Assembly: GCA_964615415.1 (NCBI GenBank)
Contig: CAZTNI010000001.1
Location: 176,746-240,745 of the forward strand
Reading direction: 5' to 3'
Source: an uncultured Candidatus Saccharibacteria bacterium
GTDB taxonomy: Bacteria > Patescibacteriota > Minisyncoccia > Phycocordibacterales > SBAW01
DNA length: 64,000 bases
Shown here piece after piece: positions 49,082 to 59,697 of this stretch (position 1 is the first letter of the stretch; every line of letters starts with the position of its first letter). Under the pieces are notes generated by a model that did no database searches, was not told the DNA's origin, and saw only the letters and a program-made list of their open reading frames with translations. The position numbers and the translations under genes were made by a program.

Positions 49082-49710
49082 TCATAGAGCGCGGCGGCGA
49101 GCGTAACACAGAGTACTTTTTGGGCGCCCGCTTCCAAAAGTGCTCGTTTCGCTTCATGTAACGTGGCGCCGGTAGTGCAGACGTCGTCTAAGACGACACA
49201 GGTGCGACCTCTGATGAGTTGAGGGTCGGTTACTCGCATCGACAGTGCCACGTTTGTAAGTCTTTTTTCTCGCGGTAGGCCTTGTTGTGAAGGGGTGTGT
49301 CGAGTACGAACAAGCGCTGTTGGGGCGTAGGTGTACGCATGCCCTAACCCTCGAAGCGCTTCTTGTGCCAACGTCTCTGTTTGATTGTGGCCCCGAGTAC
49401 GACGACGCGTTTTGTGCATAGGAATTGGTATAAGAATGGGGACACCAATCTCTTCTGCAGCAACGGAAACAAGCTCTTCTTGTACAGATACAGCCGCGAG
49501 TCGTGTAGCTGTCTTGGTTTTGTAGTATTTAAGCTCCCACACAAGAGCGGTTACTTCTTGGTCGTGGTAGGGCAATGTGCCTCCGTGCGTGTGGGGAGAG
49601 GGAACCTTCTTGCGCAGTACTTTTTCTGGGGTTAGTGCTGCCACACAGCGTTCCGTGGAACGCGGCGGAATAATGAGATCATAGATATGAGAAAAAATAC
49701 GGCGCCACAT
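49078..49710 (-). CDS. comF: ComF-family phosphoribosyltransferase-domain protein
   Basis: C-terminal PRTase motif VVLDDVCTTGATLHEAKRALLEAGA. Confidence 0.65.
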   Translation of the reverse strand: MWRRIFSHIYDLIIPPRSTERCVAALTPEKVLRKKVPSPHTHGGTLPYHDQEVTALVWELKYYKTKTATRLAAVSVQEELVSVAAEEIGVPILIPIPMHKTRRRTRGHNQTETLAQEALRGLGHAYTYAPTALVRTRHTPSQQGLPREKRLTNVALSMRVTDPQLIRGRTCVVLDDVCTTGATLHEAKRALLEAGAQKVLCVTLAAALYD

Positions 49711-49739
49711 GATTTTGTGTGGATGATATACTACTACAG

Positions 49740-50810
49740 ATGGCGCTTTCTTTCTCGTCACTCTTTTCGAAGGGTACCAAAAGTGTGTTGGGAGTAGATA
49801 TTGGAACCTCCTCTATTAAGGTCGTGCAACTCCGACGTGAGCACGGTCGTGTGGTGTTGGAAACGTATGGCGCGATTGCGCTTGGACCTTATGCAGGCCT
49901 TGAAATAGGCCGTGCAACCGCGCTCCCTGCAGAAAAAATAATCGAAGCGCTCAAAGATGTTATCCGAGAGGCGAACGTCACTACAAACGACGCAGGTATA
50001 GCAATTCCGTATGCCTCGAGCCTTATTTCGCTGGTAAAATTGCCTGCGACTGCTGAAAAACAACTTGCGCAAGTTGTGCCTATAGAGGCGCGTAAGTATA
50101 TACCCGTACCTATTAGTGAAGTACTGCTCGATTGGTTTGTAGTATCTAATTCAGGCAAAACCGCAGCAGACAAAGTTGAAGTGTTGCTTGTTGCTATCCA
50201 TAACGACACTATCGCTAAGTTTAAAAATATTGCAGCAGAGGTTGCGTTGAATGTCGCCTTCTTTGAGATAGAAGTTTTTAGTGCTGTGCGTGCTTCGCTG
50301 GACCACGGACTTGCGCCAGTTGCAGTTGTTGACCTTGGAGCTGCAACCACCAAGGTGTACATAGTGGAGCGCGGCATTATGCATGAAAGCCACATTATTA
50401 ATCGAGGTAGCCAGGACATGACCCTCGCTGCATCACGAGCGCTTAACATACCAGTGGCGCAAGCAGAAGAGAAAAAGCGACGATTTGGTTTAACCGGTAC
50501 GGACCAAAATCTTACCACTTCGCTTTCCATATCGCTCACCCCACTGCTTTCCGAATTGTCGCGCACTATTACTAATTATGAGCAGCGCACAAATCAGACT
50601 ATCGACAGTATGGTGTTGACCGGAGGAGGAGCGGGCCTCAAAGGACTGAAGGAGTTTGCGCAAGGCAAATTGCCGACCGAAGTGCGCACTGCTGACCCGT
50701 TTGCAAAGGCTCAAGCCCCGGCGTTTCTTGAAGCTATTCTTAAAGAAGCAGGACCGGAGTTTTCTGTGGCGGTAGGGTTAGCACTCCGACGTTTACAAGA
50801 ACTCGGCTAA
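49740..50810 (+). CDS. pilM: type IV pilus assembly protein PilM
   Basis: Actin-like ATPase fold. LGVDIGTSSIKVVQL. Confidence 0.85.
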   Translation: MALSFSSLFSKGTKSVLGVDIGTSSIKVVQLRREHGRVVLETYGAIALGPYAGLEIGRATALPAEKIIEALKDVIREANVTTNDAGIAIPYASSLISLVKLPATAEKQLAQVVPIEARKYIPVPISEVLLDWFVVSNSGKTAADKVEVLLVAIHNDTIAKFKNIAAEVALNVAFFEIEVFSAVRASLDHGLAPVAVVDLGAATTKVYIVERGIMHESHIINRGSQDMTLAASRALNIPVAQAEEKKRRFGLTGTDQNLTTSLSISLTPLLSELSRTITNYEQRTNQTIDSMVLTGGGAGLKGLKEFAQGKLPTEVRTADPFAKAQAPAFLEAILKEAGPEFSVAVGLALRRLQELG

Positions 50811-50883
50811 TCGGTGCACTCGCGCACAGGTGTGTTGATAGGTCGAGGAGACAAAATAATCGCGAGGTATACTACATATTGAC

Positions 50884-51543
50884 ATGGATCCTCAGGTCTC
50901 GAATTCTTTCATACCTAAAAAACCACTTGTCCCAACTCGCAGCAGCGGCAGTCTGAGCGGGCTCCTACTCCTCGTGTCAATCCTTATGTTTATGGTGTCG
51001 TTAGCCGGAGCAGGAGGTGCGTTCCTATACGAACGGTATCTTATCGGCGCTATTGCTGCGAAAGATCTGTCTTTGGAGCGCGCTCAGGCTGCATACGAGC
51101 CCGAGACTGTGCAAGCGCTTATTCGGCTCGATTCCCGCATTAACGAATCCAAATCTTTGTTAAATAAACATATTGCACCTTCGGCAATTTTTAACTTTCT
51201 CGCACTTAAAACGTTAGAAAAAGTCCAGTTAACCAGTTTTGACTATCAAGTTGATGATGGAGGGACAGCATCTCTGCAGTTGGTGGGCATTGCAGACTCT
51301 TTTTCAACACTCGCGCTGCAATCCGACGAGTTTGGTTCTACTGACGTGCTTCGTAATGTCATCTTTTCAGACATTGTGATTCAGCCTGAAAACGGAAAAG
51401 TAAGTTTTTCTGTATATGCCGATATCGACCCTGCGTCAATCGTGTACTCAAAAAATATGGAATCCCGAAGTGTGATGCCGCTGCCGGAAGAGACAGACCA
51501 AGGAACAACGACTACGCCAGTGAGTGCTCCAAATACCCAATAA
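50884..51543 (+). CDS. pilN: type IV pilus assembly protein PilN-like
   Basis: N-terminal TM then periplasmic domain. Position after pilM. AGGTATACT box 10 nt upstream. Confidence 0.65.
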   Translation: MDPQVSNSFIPKKPLVPTRSSGSLSGLLLLVSILMFMVSLAGAGGAFLYERYLIGAIAAKDLSLERAQAAYEPETVQALIRLDSRINESKSLLNKHIAPSAIFNFLALKTLEKVQLTSFDYQVDDGGTASLQLVGIADSFSTLALQSDEFGSTDVLRNVIFSDIVIQPENGKVSFSVYADIDPASIVYSKNMESRSVMPLPEETDQGTTTTPVSAPNTQ

Positions 51544-52102
51544 TATGACACGTTTTCTTTTACCACTATTGTTTCTGGGCGGTGCCGTAGCACTATTTAT
51601 GCTCTTTACTAATCCGCGGTATCAAGCGGTGCAGGTGCTCCAGAGCGAGGCTTCGGTATATGATGATGCGCTTAATAAATCACAAGAATTAAAGCGTAAG
51701 CGCGACGAATTGAATGCACGTCGCAACACGTTTGCTGCTACAGATGTGCAAAAGCTTGAAAAAATTCTTCCTGACAATGTCGACAATATTCGCCTGGTTA
51801 TCGATATTAACAATGTTGCCGCACGGCATGGACTTACGTTGAGCGACGTAACCCTGGGGAGTTTGCAAGGCGGAGCAGAAGGCCGAAGTGCAACAGCTGT
51901 GGGAGCATCTGAAGGGCGGGTAGGGTCAGTAGAGCTTGGATTTACCCTGACCGCGTCGTATGAGTCTATGGTTGGATTTTTGATCGACCTGGAGCACAGC
52001 TTGCGTCTCATTGACGTCGAGCAGCTTGGGTTTGCTGTAGAAGACCAGGGAGGATCAAACAGTGAATATACCTTTAAAATCAGAACCTATTGGCTTCACT
52101 AA
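51524..52102 (+). CDS. pilO: type IV pilus assembly protein PilO-like
   Basis: TM followed by a coiled-coil and C-terminal domain. Gene order. Confidence 0.6.
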   Translation: MLQIPNNMTRFLLPLLFLGGAVALFMLFTNPRYQAVQVLQSEASVYDDALNKSQELKRKRDELNARRNTFAATDVQKLEKILPDNVDNIRLVIDINNVAARHGLTLSDVTLGSLQGGAEGRSATAVGASEGRVGSVELGFTLTASYESMVGFLIDLEHSLRLIDVEQLGFAVEDQGGSNSEYTFKIRTYWLH

Positions 52103-52104
52103 CT

Positions 52105-52395
52105 ATGAAATTTTTTAAGATTAACAGAACATCGATCCTTGCTGGTGTACTCGTGGTCCTCGCGGTGTACGCATACTTCAACTTTTTTGGAGGAAAGGCG
52201 GGAAGCGCTCCGACAACAACGCCATCACCGGTGTCACAAGATTTACTTCTGTCGCTTACCACACTGAGTATGATTCAACTCAATCCTGATATCTTTACTG
52301 ACCCGGTATTTCTTTCTTTGTCTGACTTTGGAGTGCAAATTCCGCCCGAGGTGGTTGGTCGTCGCAACCCATTTGCTCCTGTAGGGAGACAATAA
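52105..52395 (+). CDS. small single-TM protein in the pilus operon (PilP-like position)
   Basis: MKFFKINRTSILAGVLVVLAVYAYF. Confidence 0.4.
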   Translation: MKFFKINRTSILAGVLVVLAVYAYFNFFGGKAGSAPTTTPSPVSQDLLLSLTTLSMIQLNPDIFTDPVFLSLSDFGVQIPPEVVGRRNPFAPVGRQ

Positions 52396-52404
52396 CCATG
52401 AACT

Positions 52405-54291
52405 ATGGATCTACTCAAACTTTTAAGCGATCAACGCCTTATCGACAAAACTGCGCTTGAAGCGCTGCGCAAAGAAGCCGCAAAGCCAGGTGCCTCAGTT
52501 GAAAAAGTCCTTATACAAGCAGGGGTTTCTCTTCCTGACATTCTGAAAATAAAAGGAGAGTTTTACGGCATCCCTACCCGTATTTTAGGTGATAAAAATG
52601 TTCCTTTTGATATTTTGCAATTCGTTCCGGAAGAATCGGCTCGCCATTACCGTCTTGCGCCACTTGGTGTAGTGGACGGCGCTCTCGACGTGGGAGTTAC
52701 CGACCCAGATAATCTTGAGGCGCGTGATGCGCTCGCGTTTATTTCTGCGAAGGTGGGTATGCCGTATCGACTCTATCTAATTTCCGATACAGATTTTGAA
52801 AAACTTCTGACCCAGTATAAAGGTCTATCAGGTGAAGTAGGTAAAGCCTTGACCGAGTTGGATACTGAAATTGCGATCGAGACTGAAAAAACAGAGAAGG
52901 ATGGAGAAAAACATAAGCAGTTGTTCGAGGATGAAATGGTTGCAGAGACTGGCGCAGAAAAACTTACCGAAGACGCGCCGGTTACTAAGATCGTTGCAAC
53001 GATATTGCGTCATGCGGCAGAGCAGCGCGCGTCCGACATTCACATCGAACCGATGGTGGATCAAACGCGTGTGCGTTTCAGAATCGACGGTGTCTTGGTG
53101 ACAAATATTACGTTGCCGGTAAAAGTGCATAGTTCGGTGGTTGCGCGTATTAAAGTGCTTTCTAATATGCGGCTCGATGAAAAACGCAAACCGCAAGACG
53201 GTCGCTTTTCTGCCCGTGTACAAGACAACAAAGTAGACTTCCGTGTATCTACATTTCCTACCTACTATGGCGAGAAGGTGGTGATGCGTCTTTTGGGTGC
53301 GGCTGCAAAAGTACTGCAGCTCGATAAATATGGTCTTTCGGAACGTAACTTAAAACTGGTGCGTGAAGCGATTAAGAAACCATACGGACTTATTTTGATC
53401 TCTGGTCCGACCGGTTCGGGTAAGTCAACAACGCTCTATGGTATTTTGAATGAGGTTGATCGCGAACGGTACAACGTGCTTTCTCTTGAAGACCCGGTCG
53501 AATACAACATCCCCGGTGTGTCCCAGTCCCAAGTGCGCCCAGAAATTGGCTATACGTTTGCAAATGGGTTGCGCACAACGCTCCGTCAGGACCCAAACAT
53601 CATCATGGTGGGCGAGATCCGCGATGCTGAAACTGCCAACCTTGCAGTGCAAGCCGCGCTTACCGGTCACCTCGTGCTTTCGACCATTCACACCAATAAT
53701 GCAGTTGGTATTGTGCCGCGCCTCCTCGACATGGGTGTGGAGCCGTACCTTATTCCGCCGGTGCTTATTTTGGGTATGGCGCAGCGCTTGGTAAAGACGC
53801 TCTGTCCTGGTGGCGGCAAAAAAATGAAAGTTGATGCCAGTATGAAAAAAATGTTCGAAGATGAGTTTGCTGACCTGCCTGCAGAATATAAAAAAGATCT
53901 TCCTTCTCTTGATGAAGTCTACCGACTTAATCCAAGTCCTGATTGTCCGTCAGGAACGCGCGGCCGTCTTGGTGTATTTGAAATGTTTGAAATGGATACA
54001 GAACTCGAGCGGGCAATCCTTGCGGGTAAAGGCGAAGATGAATTGTTCTCTATTGTACGCAAAAAAGGAATGTTAACGATAAAGGAGGATGCTATCATTA
54101 AATCTGCTCAAGGCGTCGTGCCATTTGAAGAAGTAAATACCTTGGGTGGCGAATTTGAGCTCGACGATATTGCGCCAGAAATTCCAGCTGCGCCTGCGGC
54201 GGCTGTGTCTGAAGAAGAGTTGGCAGGAACGACAGAAAAAGCGCTTAAAGAAAAAGAGGCAAAAAGTAAAGTAGCAGCCCCAGAAAAATAA
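52405..54291 (+). CDS. pilB: type IV pilus assembly ATPase PilB (GspE family)
   Basis: N-terminal T2SSE_N-like domain. Walker A GPTGSGKSTTLY. Asp/His boxes. Confidence 0.9.
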   Translation: MDLLKLLSDQRLIDKTALEALRKEAAKPGASVEKVLIQAGVSLPDILKIKGEFYGIPTRILGDKNVPFDILQFVPEESARHYRLAPLGVVDGALDVGVTDPDNLEARDALAFISAKVGMPYRLYLISDTDFEKLLTQYKGLSGEVGKALTELDTEIAIETEKTEKDGEKHKQLFEDEMVAETGAEKLTEDAPVTKIVATILRHAAEQRASDIHIEPMVDQTRVRFRIDGVLVTNITLPVKVHSSVVARIKVLSNMRLDEKRKPQDGRFSARVQDNKVDFRVSTFPTYYGEKVVMRLLGAAAKVLQLDKYGLSERNLKLVREAIKKPYGLILISGPTGSGKSTTLYGILNEVDRERYNVLSLEDPVEYNIPGVSQSQVRPEIGYTFANGLRTTLRQDPNIIMVGEIRDAETANLAVQAALTGHLVLSTIHTNNAVGIVPRLLDMGVEPYLIPPVLILGMAQRLVKTLCPGGGKKMKVDASMKKMFEDEFADLPAEYKKDLPSLDEVYRLNPSPDCPSGTRGRLGVFEMFEMDTELERAILAGKGEDELFSIVRKKGMLTIKEDAIIKSAQGVVPFEEVNTLGGEFELDDIAPEIPAAPAAAVSEEELAGTTEKALKEKEAKSKVAAPEK

Positions 54292-54292
54292 T

Positions 54293-55354
54293 ATGGACTA
54301 TCAACAAAAATTAGGAGGATACATAGAGCAATTGATAGCTCAAGGCGGGTCAGACCTGCATCTTGGTGCGGGTGTTGAGCCTATTATTCGCGTGTCTGGT
54401 GTGCTTACGCCGCTAATTGCAGAACAAAAGCTTACGGCAGAGGATATGCGCGGCCTTATGTCGGTACTTTTAACCGAAGCCAATTTGCAGCGATTTTTAG
54501 AAAAACAAGAAGTAGACTTTTCGTTTGCCTACGGGGAAAAGGCCCGGTTCCGCGGCAACGGATTTTTTGAGCGCGGCAATATTGGCGTTGCGCTACGTCT
54601 TATCCCTCGCACGATCCGCCCAATTAGCGAACTCAATCTTCCACCGTCTATCGAGCAGTTTGCCCTCCGAGAACAGGGATTCTTTTTGGTGGTAGGACCG
54701 GTTGGGCAAGGAAAAACCACCACGCTTGCAGCATTGATAGAAAAAATTAACCAAGAACGCACTGAGCATATTGTTACCATCGAGGATCCTATCGAATATC
54801 TTTTTGAAAATAAACGTTCGCTCGTAGACCAGCGCGAAGTGCGCATTGACACTGCCGACTTTCAAACAGCACTGCAATCAGTTTTCCGCCAAGACGTTGA
54901 CGTTGTGATGATTGGTGAAATGCGAACGCCGGAAACCATGGCAACGGCCGTTACTGCTGCAGAAACTGGCCACCTTGTTTTCTCTACGTTGCACACCAAC
55001 AATGCGGCACAAACGATCGACCGTATTATCGACTCGTTTCCTGCAGCACAGCAGGATCAAATACGTATTCAACTTGCAGGTTCTTTGGCGGGTATATTCT
55101 CCCAGCGTCTCGTGCCTCGTATTTCAGGAGGGTTGGTGCCGGCGTACGAACTTCTGGTAAACAATAATGCAATTGAAAACCTGATTCGTGAAAAGCGTAC
55201 GCACGAAATACAAACCGTCATCGAAACCGGAGCGGAAGAAGGCATGATCGATATGAACCGCTCGCTCGCAGAGTTGGTGCGAGCCGGAGAAATTACCCCG
55301 GAAAGTGCCTATTCACGCTCGTGGAATCCTAAAACGCTCGAGCGTCTCCTTTAA
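54293..55354 (+). CDS. pilT: twitching-motility retraction ATPase PilT
   Basis: VGPVGQGKTTTLAALI. AIRNLIREKRTHEI-type PilT motif. Confidence 0.9.
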   Translation: MDYQQKLGGYIEQLIAQGGSDLHLGAGVEPIIRVSGVLTPLIAEQKLTAEDMRGLMSVLLTEANLQRFLEKQEVDFSFAYGEKARFRGNGFFERGNIGVALRLIPRTIRPISELNLPPSIEQFALREQGFFLVVGPVGQGKTTTLAALIEKINQERTEHIVTIEDPIEYLFENKRSLVDQREVRIDTADFQTALQSVFRQDVDVVMIGEMRTPETMATAVTAAETGHLVFSTLHTNNAAQTIDRIIDSFPAAQQDQIRIQLAGSLAGIFSQRLVPRISGGLVPAYELLVNNNAIENLIREKRTHEIQTVIETGAEEGMIDMNRSLAELVRAGEITPESAYSRSWNPKTLERLL

Positions 55355-55359
55355 CATGT

Positions 55360-56571
55360 ATGGATTTTAAGTACGAAGCATTAGATCAAAACGGTAAGGC
55401 ACAAACAGGTACTATTAGTGCTGCTAGTGAAGACGCTGCAATTGATATATTGCAGCGCAAAGGTCTTACTATTACCTCTTTTTCTGCACAGAGTGGAAGT
55501 GTATTGGGAAAATTAGGCAGCATTTCGCTGTTTAATGGTGTCTCAAGTCGCGACCTGGTACTCCTGTCGCGTCAGATTGCGACGCTCTTTGAGGCGCAGG
55601 TGTCCGCCTTGCGTGTATTCCGTTTGTTGGCTGAACAGACAACTAAGCCGGTGTTGCGCTCGGTGTTGGTGGAAATCAGTGATGACCTCCAGGCCGGGAG
55701 TGGTATTTCCAAAGCACTTTCAAAACATCCGAAAGTATTTTCAGATTTCTACATCAATATGGTGCGCGCGGGCGAAGAGTCAGGAAAATTGGACGAGACG
55801 TTCATGTACTTGGCGGATTATATTGACCGTTCGTACGAACTTCTTTCGAAGGCTCGCAACGCACTCATCTATCCAGGCTTCATTATGCTGACGTTTATTG
55901 CGGTGATGGTGCTCATGCTTACGGTAGTTATCCCAAAAATCGGTGCTATCCTCACGGACTCGGGCCAAGAGTTGCCGACCGTGACGGCGATCGTGCTTGG
56001 TATGAGTAATTTCTTGATCGACTACGGCTTCTTTCTGCTTATTGCAATACTCGTCGGCCTTTTCTTCCTCTATCGGTATGCGCAAACACCGCCTGGCCGC
56101 GTCATGGTTGGCCACTTGCAAATCTCAGTCCCTATTATCGGTAAGTTGTACCAGAAGCTCTACCTTTCGCGCGTTGCAGATAACATGCACGTGATGCTCA
56201 CCTCGGGTATCTCTGCTGTCCGCTCGCTTGAAATTACTGCGGTGGTGGTGGGGAACAGTGTGTACGAAGACATTTTGCACGAAGCGGTTGAGGGAGTAAA
56301 AGCAGGTACACCCATTTCTCAGGTATTTGCACGGTACCCAGACGAGGTGCCGGCTATTATGGTGCAAATGTTGCAGATTGGTGAAGAAACAGGAGAGTTG
56401 GGGAATATTCTGAGTCGCTTGGCGAAGTTCTATAATCGCGAAGTAAACGCTGCTGTTGACACGTTGGTGTCTCTTATCGAGCCGGCAATGATCGTGTCGC
56501 TCGCACTTGGTGTTGGTTTCTTGCTCGCAGCCGTACTTATGCCTATCTACAACACGGCAGGTAGTATTTAG
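55360..56571 (+). CDS. pilC: type IV pilus platform protein PilC (GspF family)
   Basis: Two GspF repeats. Polytopic membrane protein. Confidence 0.9.
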   Translation: MDFKYEALDQNGKAQTGTISAASEDAAIDILQRKGLTITSFSAQSGSVLGKLGSISLFNGVSSRDLVLLSRQIATLFEAQVSALRVFRLLAEQTTKPVLRSVLVEISDDLQAGSGISKALSKHPKVFSDFYINMVRAGEESGKLDETFMYLADYIDRSYELLSKARNALIYPGFIMLTFIAVMVLMLTVVIPKIGAILTDSGQELPTVTAIVLGMSNFLIDYGFFLLIAILVGLFFLYRYAQTPPGRVMVGHLQISVPIIGKLYQKLYLSRVADNMHVMLTSGISAVRSLEITAVVVGNSVYEDILHEAVEGVKAGTPISQVFARYPDEVPAIMVQMLQIGEETGELGNILSRLAKFYNREVNAAVDTLVSLIEPAMIVSLALGVGFLLAAVLMPIYNTAGSI

Positions 56572-56684
56572 TCTCTGGTGCCGTTGTCCACAGCGGTCTC
56601 TTATGGCTTGAGTGGAAGTCTGTATACTTTGAGTAGCTACGAATTTTATTAATTAGTATTTAGTAGCACAAATAACGGTATATT

Positions 56685-57140
56685 ATGCAGAAAATTATTA
56701 AGCGAGGTTTCACCCTCATCGAACTCCTGGTTGTTATCGCTATCATCGGCATTTTGGCCGGCGTTGTGCTCGCATCTCTTGGTAGTGCGCGCTCAGGTGC
56801 AAACGACTCGAAGATCAAAGGTCAGCTCTCAAGCCTCCGTACTGCTATGGAACAATACTACGCAGGTCCTGGCGCAGGTACGTATGGTGCAACAGCAACT
56901 GCAGATGGCTGTACAACTGCTCCGTCAGTAGCTCCATGGAACCACACGCTCATCTCAGCGTTGGCAACTGAAGGCAATTACCCAAGCGGCGCTACATTGG
57001 TTTGCTACACAAGTGGCAGCGCATGGGCAGCACAGGCAACGCTTAGCGACAGCACCTTCTGGTGTGTTGATAGTACTGGCGCAGCAAAGAGTGGCGCATC
57101 AACCATGCTCGGTGGTACTGCTCCAGACGTAACCTGCTAA
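56685..57140 (+). CDS. type IV major pilin (prepilin with N-terminal cleavage/methylation motif)
   Basis: MQKIIKRGFTLIELLVVIAIIGILAG. Followed by a strong terminator. Confidence 0.9.
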   Translation: MQKIIKRGFTLIELLVVIAIIGILAGVVLASLGSARSGANDSKIKGQLSSLRTAMEQYYAGPGAGTYGATATADGCTTAPSVAPWNHTLISALATEGNYPSGATLVCYTSGSAWAAQATLSDSTFWCVDSTGAAKSGASTMLGGTAPDVTC

Positions 57141-57165
57141 TCTTTTTCTCTAGCAGTGGTCCTAG

Positions 57166-57196
57166 AAATCCCCAGCAAATGCTGGGGATTTCTTTT
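57166..57196 (+). terminator. intrinsic terminator after the major pilin gene
   Basis: Hairpin AAATCCCCAGC-AAAT-GCTGGGGATTT followed by CTTTTG. Confidence 0.75.
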
Positions 57197-57215
57197 GTGA
57201 GGTATACTGAGCACT

Positions 57216-57737
57216 ATGATACGAAAGGGATTCACCCTCATAGAACTGCTTGTGGTTATTGCGATTATTGGCATTCTTACCACTATTGTTACCGTTAATC
57301 TTGCGAATGCACGCCAAAGTGCAAACGACGTCCGTCGCCTGACGGATATTAAAAATATCCAGTTTAGTCTCGCTTTGTACTATAACGACAACCTAAAATA
57401 TCCTTGCGATATTTACACAAATCCGAGTGGTACCGCATGTCAGCCAGGATTCTTGGGAACATACATGGCAACTGTGCCGACTGACCCGGCTGGAGGGAAC
57501 TACAAATACGCAGCAATTAACCCTGCGGGCGCGACACTTACGTGTGCAAACGCAACTCGCTACCACTTAGGCGCAGTGATGCAGGTATCCGGCTCCTCGC
57601 TCCTTAATGATGATGCTGATAGTGCGTACTTTGGTGAATGTAGTTCCTCGGGCGGTGACTTTGCAGGTTCTTCCGCGGCGTGTTCAGGCACCACTGCTGG
57701 AACGGACCAGTGCTACGACGTAATTCAGAATAACTAA
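57216..57737 (+). CDS. type IV pilin (second pilin gene)
   Basis: MIRKGFTLIELLVVIAIIGIL. AGGTATACT box 7 nt upstream (leaderless). Confidence 0.85.
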   Translation: MIRKGFTLIELLVVIAIIGILTTIVTVNLANARQSANDVRRLTDIKNIQFSLALYYNDNLKYPCDIYTNPSGTACQPGFLGTYMATVPTDPAGGNYKYAAINPAGATLTCANATRYHLGAVMQVSGSSLLNDDADSAYFGECSSSGGDFAGSSAACSGTTAGTDQCYDVIQNN

Positions 57738-58541
57738 ATGGACTACTGGATGTTTCTTGCGGCAGGACTTTTTGGTGCAATCCTGGGAAGTTTTATAAAT
57801 GCATTATCATTTCGGTTTAATACCGGCACATCAATACTGACCGGCCGCTCTCGCTGTATGAGTTGTAACCACCAGCTTGCGGCGTGGGACCTTATTCCTG
57901 TTGTGTCGTATGTGTTGTTGCGGGGGCGGTGTCGGTATTGTGGGGCAAAAATCTCGCCGCAATATCCGCTCGTTGAAGTAACTGGAGCGGGATTGTCGGT
58001 CGGAGTTGCTGCACTGCATCCTGTAGCTGCTGCGTATGCATTCTGGCTTCTGGTTGCAATGACACTTTTGTTTATTGTCGTATATGACATGCGTCATACG
58101 ATTATTCCTACGAGCGCATCGGTGTTTTTAGGTGTTCTCGCACTCCTGTCTCTGTTTGTGCAGTTTGGAGAAACGTTTAGTGTTGGGGTTCCAACACTGT
58201 CGCAAATACTTGCGGGCCCTCTGTTGGCGTTACCGTTGTTCCTGCTCTCGTTTGTCTCCGGCGGGCGATGGATGGGGTGGGCAGACAGCGGTTTGGAGCT
58301 TTCGTTGGGATGGCTACTGGGCTTGTCGCTTGGCGCAACAGCGCTCATGGTTAGTTTTTGGATCGGTGCTGCTGTGGGGGTTGCTCTTATGTTGTCCTCT
58401 CGCCTAGTGTGGCGGCGGGGTAAAAAGCGCCTTACAATGAAAAGCGAGCTGCCCTTCGCGCCATTTTTGGTGTTGGGTGCAGTGTTCGTCCACTTTTTTC
58501 ATGTCGATTTTTTCTCATCGCTCACGATCTTTTTCTATTAA
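57738..58541 (+). CDS. pilD: prepilin peptidase PilD (A24 family)
   Basis: Cys-X-X-Cys pairs CMSCN ... CRYCG and the DxxxxIP membrane core. Confidence 0.85.
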   Translation: MDYWMFLAAGLFGAILGSFINALSFRFNTGTSILTGRSRCMSCNHQLAAWDLIPVVSYVLLRGRCRYCGAKISPQYPLVEVTGAGLSVGVAALHPVAAAYAFWLLVAMTLLFIVVYDMRHTIIPTSASVFLGVLALLSLFVQFGETFSVGVPTLSQILAGPLLALPLFLLSFVSGGRWMGWADSGLELSLGWLLGLSLGATALMVSFWIGAAVGVALMLSSRLVWRRGKKRLTMKSELPFAPFLVLGAVFVHFFHVDFFSSLTIFFY

Positions 58542-59154
58542 AAGGGGATTTACTCTGGTTGAGCTCCTGGTCGTGGTCGGCATTATGACCGTGCTTTCGA
58601 CAATTCTTTTGATACGTCATCAGCAGTTTGATAGTACATCGCTCTTGCGTACCGTTGCCTACAGTATTGCGCTTTCTGCGCGACAAACGCAGGTCTATGG
58701 CACCTCGGTGCGCGCGGTCGACTCTTTGGTGTCTAACCCAACCTTTGCGCCAGCGTATGGACTATATTTTGCCGGCACAGGCGCTACTACCTACACGCTC
58801 TTTGCAGATATAAATAACAATGGACAGTACGAGTCTGCGAATGAAACCATTCAAATTTTCACTCTTACTCGAGGGTTTACTATTACGGGAGCGTGCGCGG
58901 TGCTTGCAAACGACATTCGTCGCTGTACCGCAGCCTCGCTCGATTCAAGTGGCGGCGCAACGATCACTCACGTGCACATACTTTTTAAGCGTCCCAACCC
59001 CGAAGCGGTATTTACTGCTTATAACGGCGCATCCACTATTGCAGGCGACACGTACACGAAAGGATACGTGCAGGTTACCAGTAGTGGTGGCAACACGCGC
59101 AGTATGACTGTCACGAATACCGGTCAAATTAGTGTAGGGGCGATCGGAAGTTAA
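58501..59154 (+). CDS. minor pilin / pseudopilin
   Basis: Leader ... SIKRGFTLVELLVVVGIMTVL. Start ambiguous (overlaps the pilD 3' end). Confidence 0.65.
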   Translation: MSIFSHRSRSFSIKRGFTLVELLVVVGIMTVLSTILLIRHQQFDSTSLLRTVAYSIALSARQTQVYGTSVRAVDSLVSNPTFAPAYGLYFAGTGATTYTLFADINNNGQYESANETIQIFTLTRGFTITGACAVLANDIRRCTAASLDSSGGATITHVHILFKRPNPEAVFTAYNGASTIAGDTYTKGYVQVTSSGGNTRSMTVTNTGQISVGAIGS

Positions 59155-59157
59155 TAT

Positions 59158-59697
59158 ATGAATCGAGGATTTACACTCATTGAACTCATGGTTTCAGTAG
59201 CGATCTTTGCGGTCATCATGACCATTTCGCTTGGTGCCATGCTTTCAATCACGACAGCGCAGCGTAAGGCAGAGACACTGAAGTCTGTTATAGACAATCT
59301 GCACTTTGCGCTCGACGGCATGTCTCGCTCCATTCGTACTGGGTATAATTACAACTGCGGCAGTGCGTCAGGAGGAGACTGTACGAGTGGCGGCACAGCA
59401 TTTTATTTTACGGACGCACAAGGTCGTAGCGTAATCTATTGTCGCGGTAGCGGCACAACCTGTAGCGCTAGCGGTACCGAAATATTGCAATCCATTGATG
59501 GGAGCGCTTTTTCACCCCTTACTGCTTCAGAAGCAAAAATAGGAAACCTCTCATTTTACTTAGTAGGCTCAGCTCGAGGGAACGCGGTGCAGCCTCGGGT
59601 AACCATTACTGCAAGCAGTACCGTACAGGTAAGTTCAACACAGACAAGCTCATTTAATATGCAAACAACAGTAACGCAACGCCTGTATGACTTATAA
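59158..59697 (+). CDS. minor pilin / pseudopilin
   Basis: MNRGFTLIELMVSVAIFAVIMT. Confidence 0.8.
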   Translation: MNRGFTLIELMVSVAIFAVIMTISLGAMLSITTAQRKAETLKSVIDNLHFALDGMSRSIRTGYNYNCGSASGGDCTSGGTAFYFTDAQGRSVIYCRGSGTTCSASGTEILQSIDGSAFSPLTASEAKIGNLSFYLVGSARGNAVQPRVTITASSTVQVSSTQTSSFNMQTTVTQRLYDL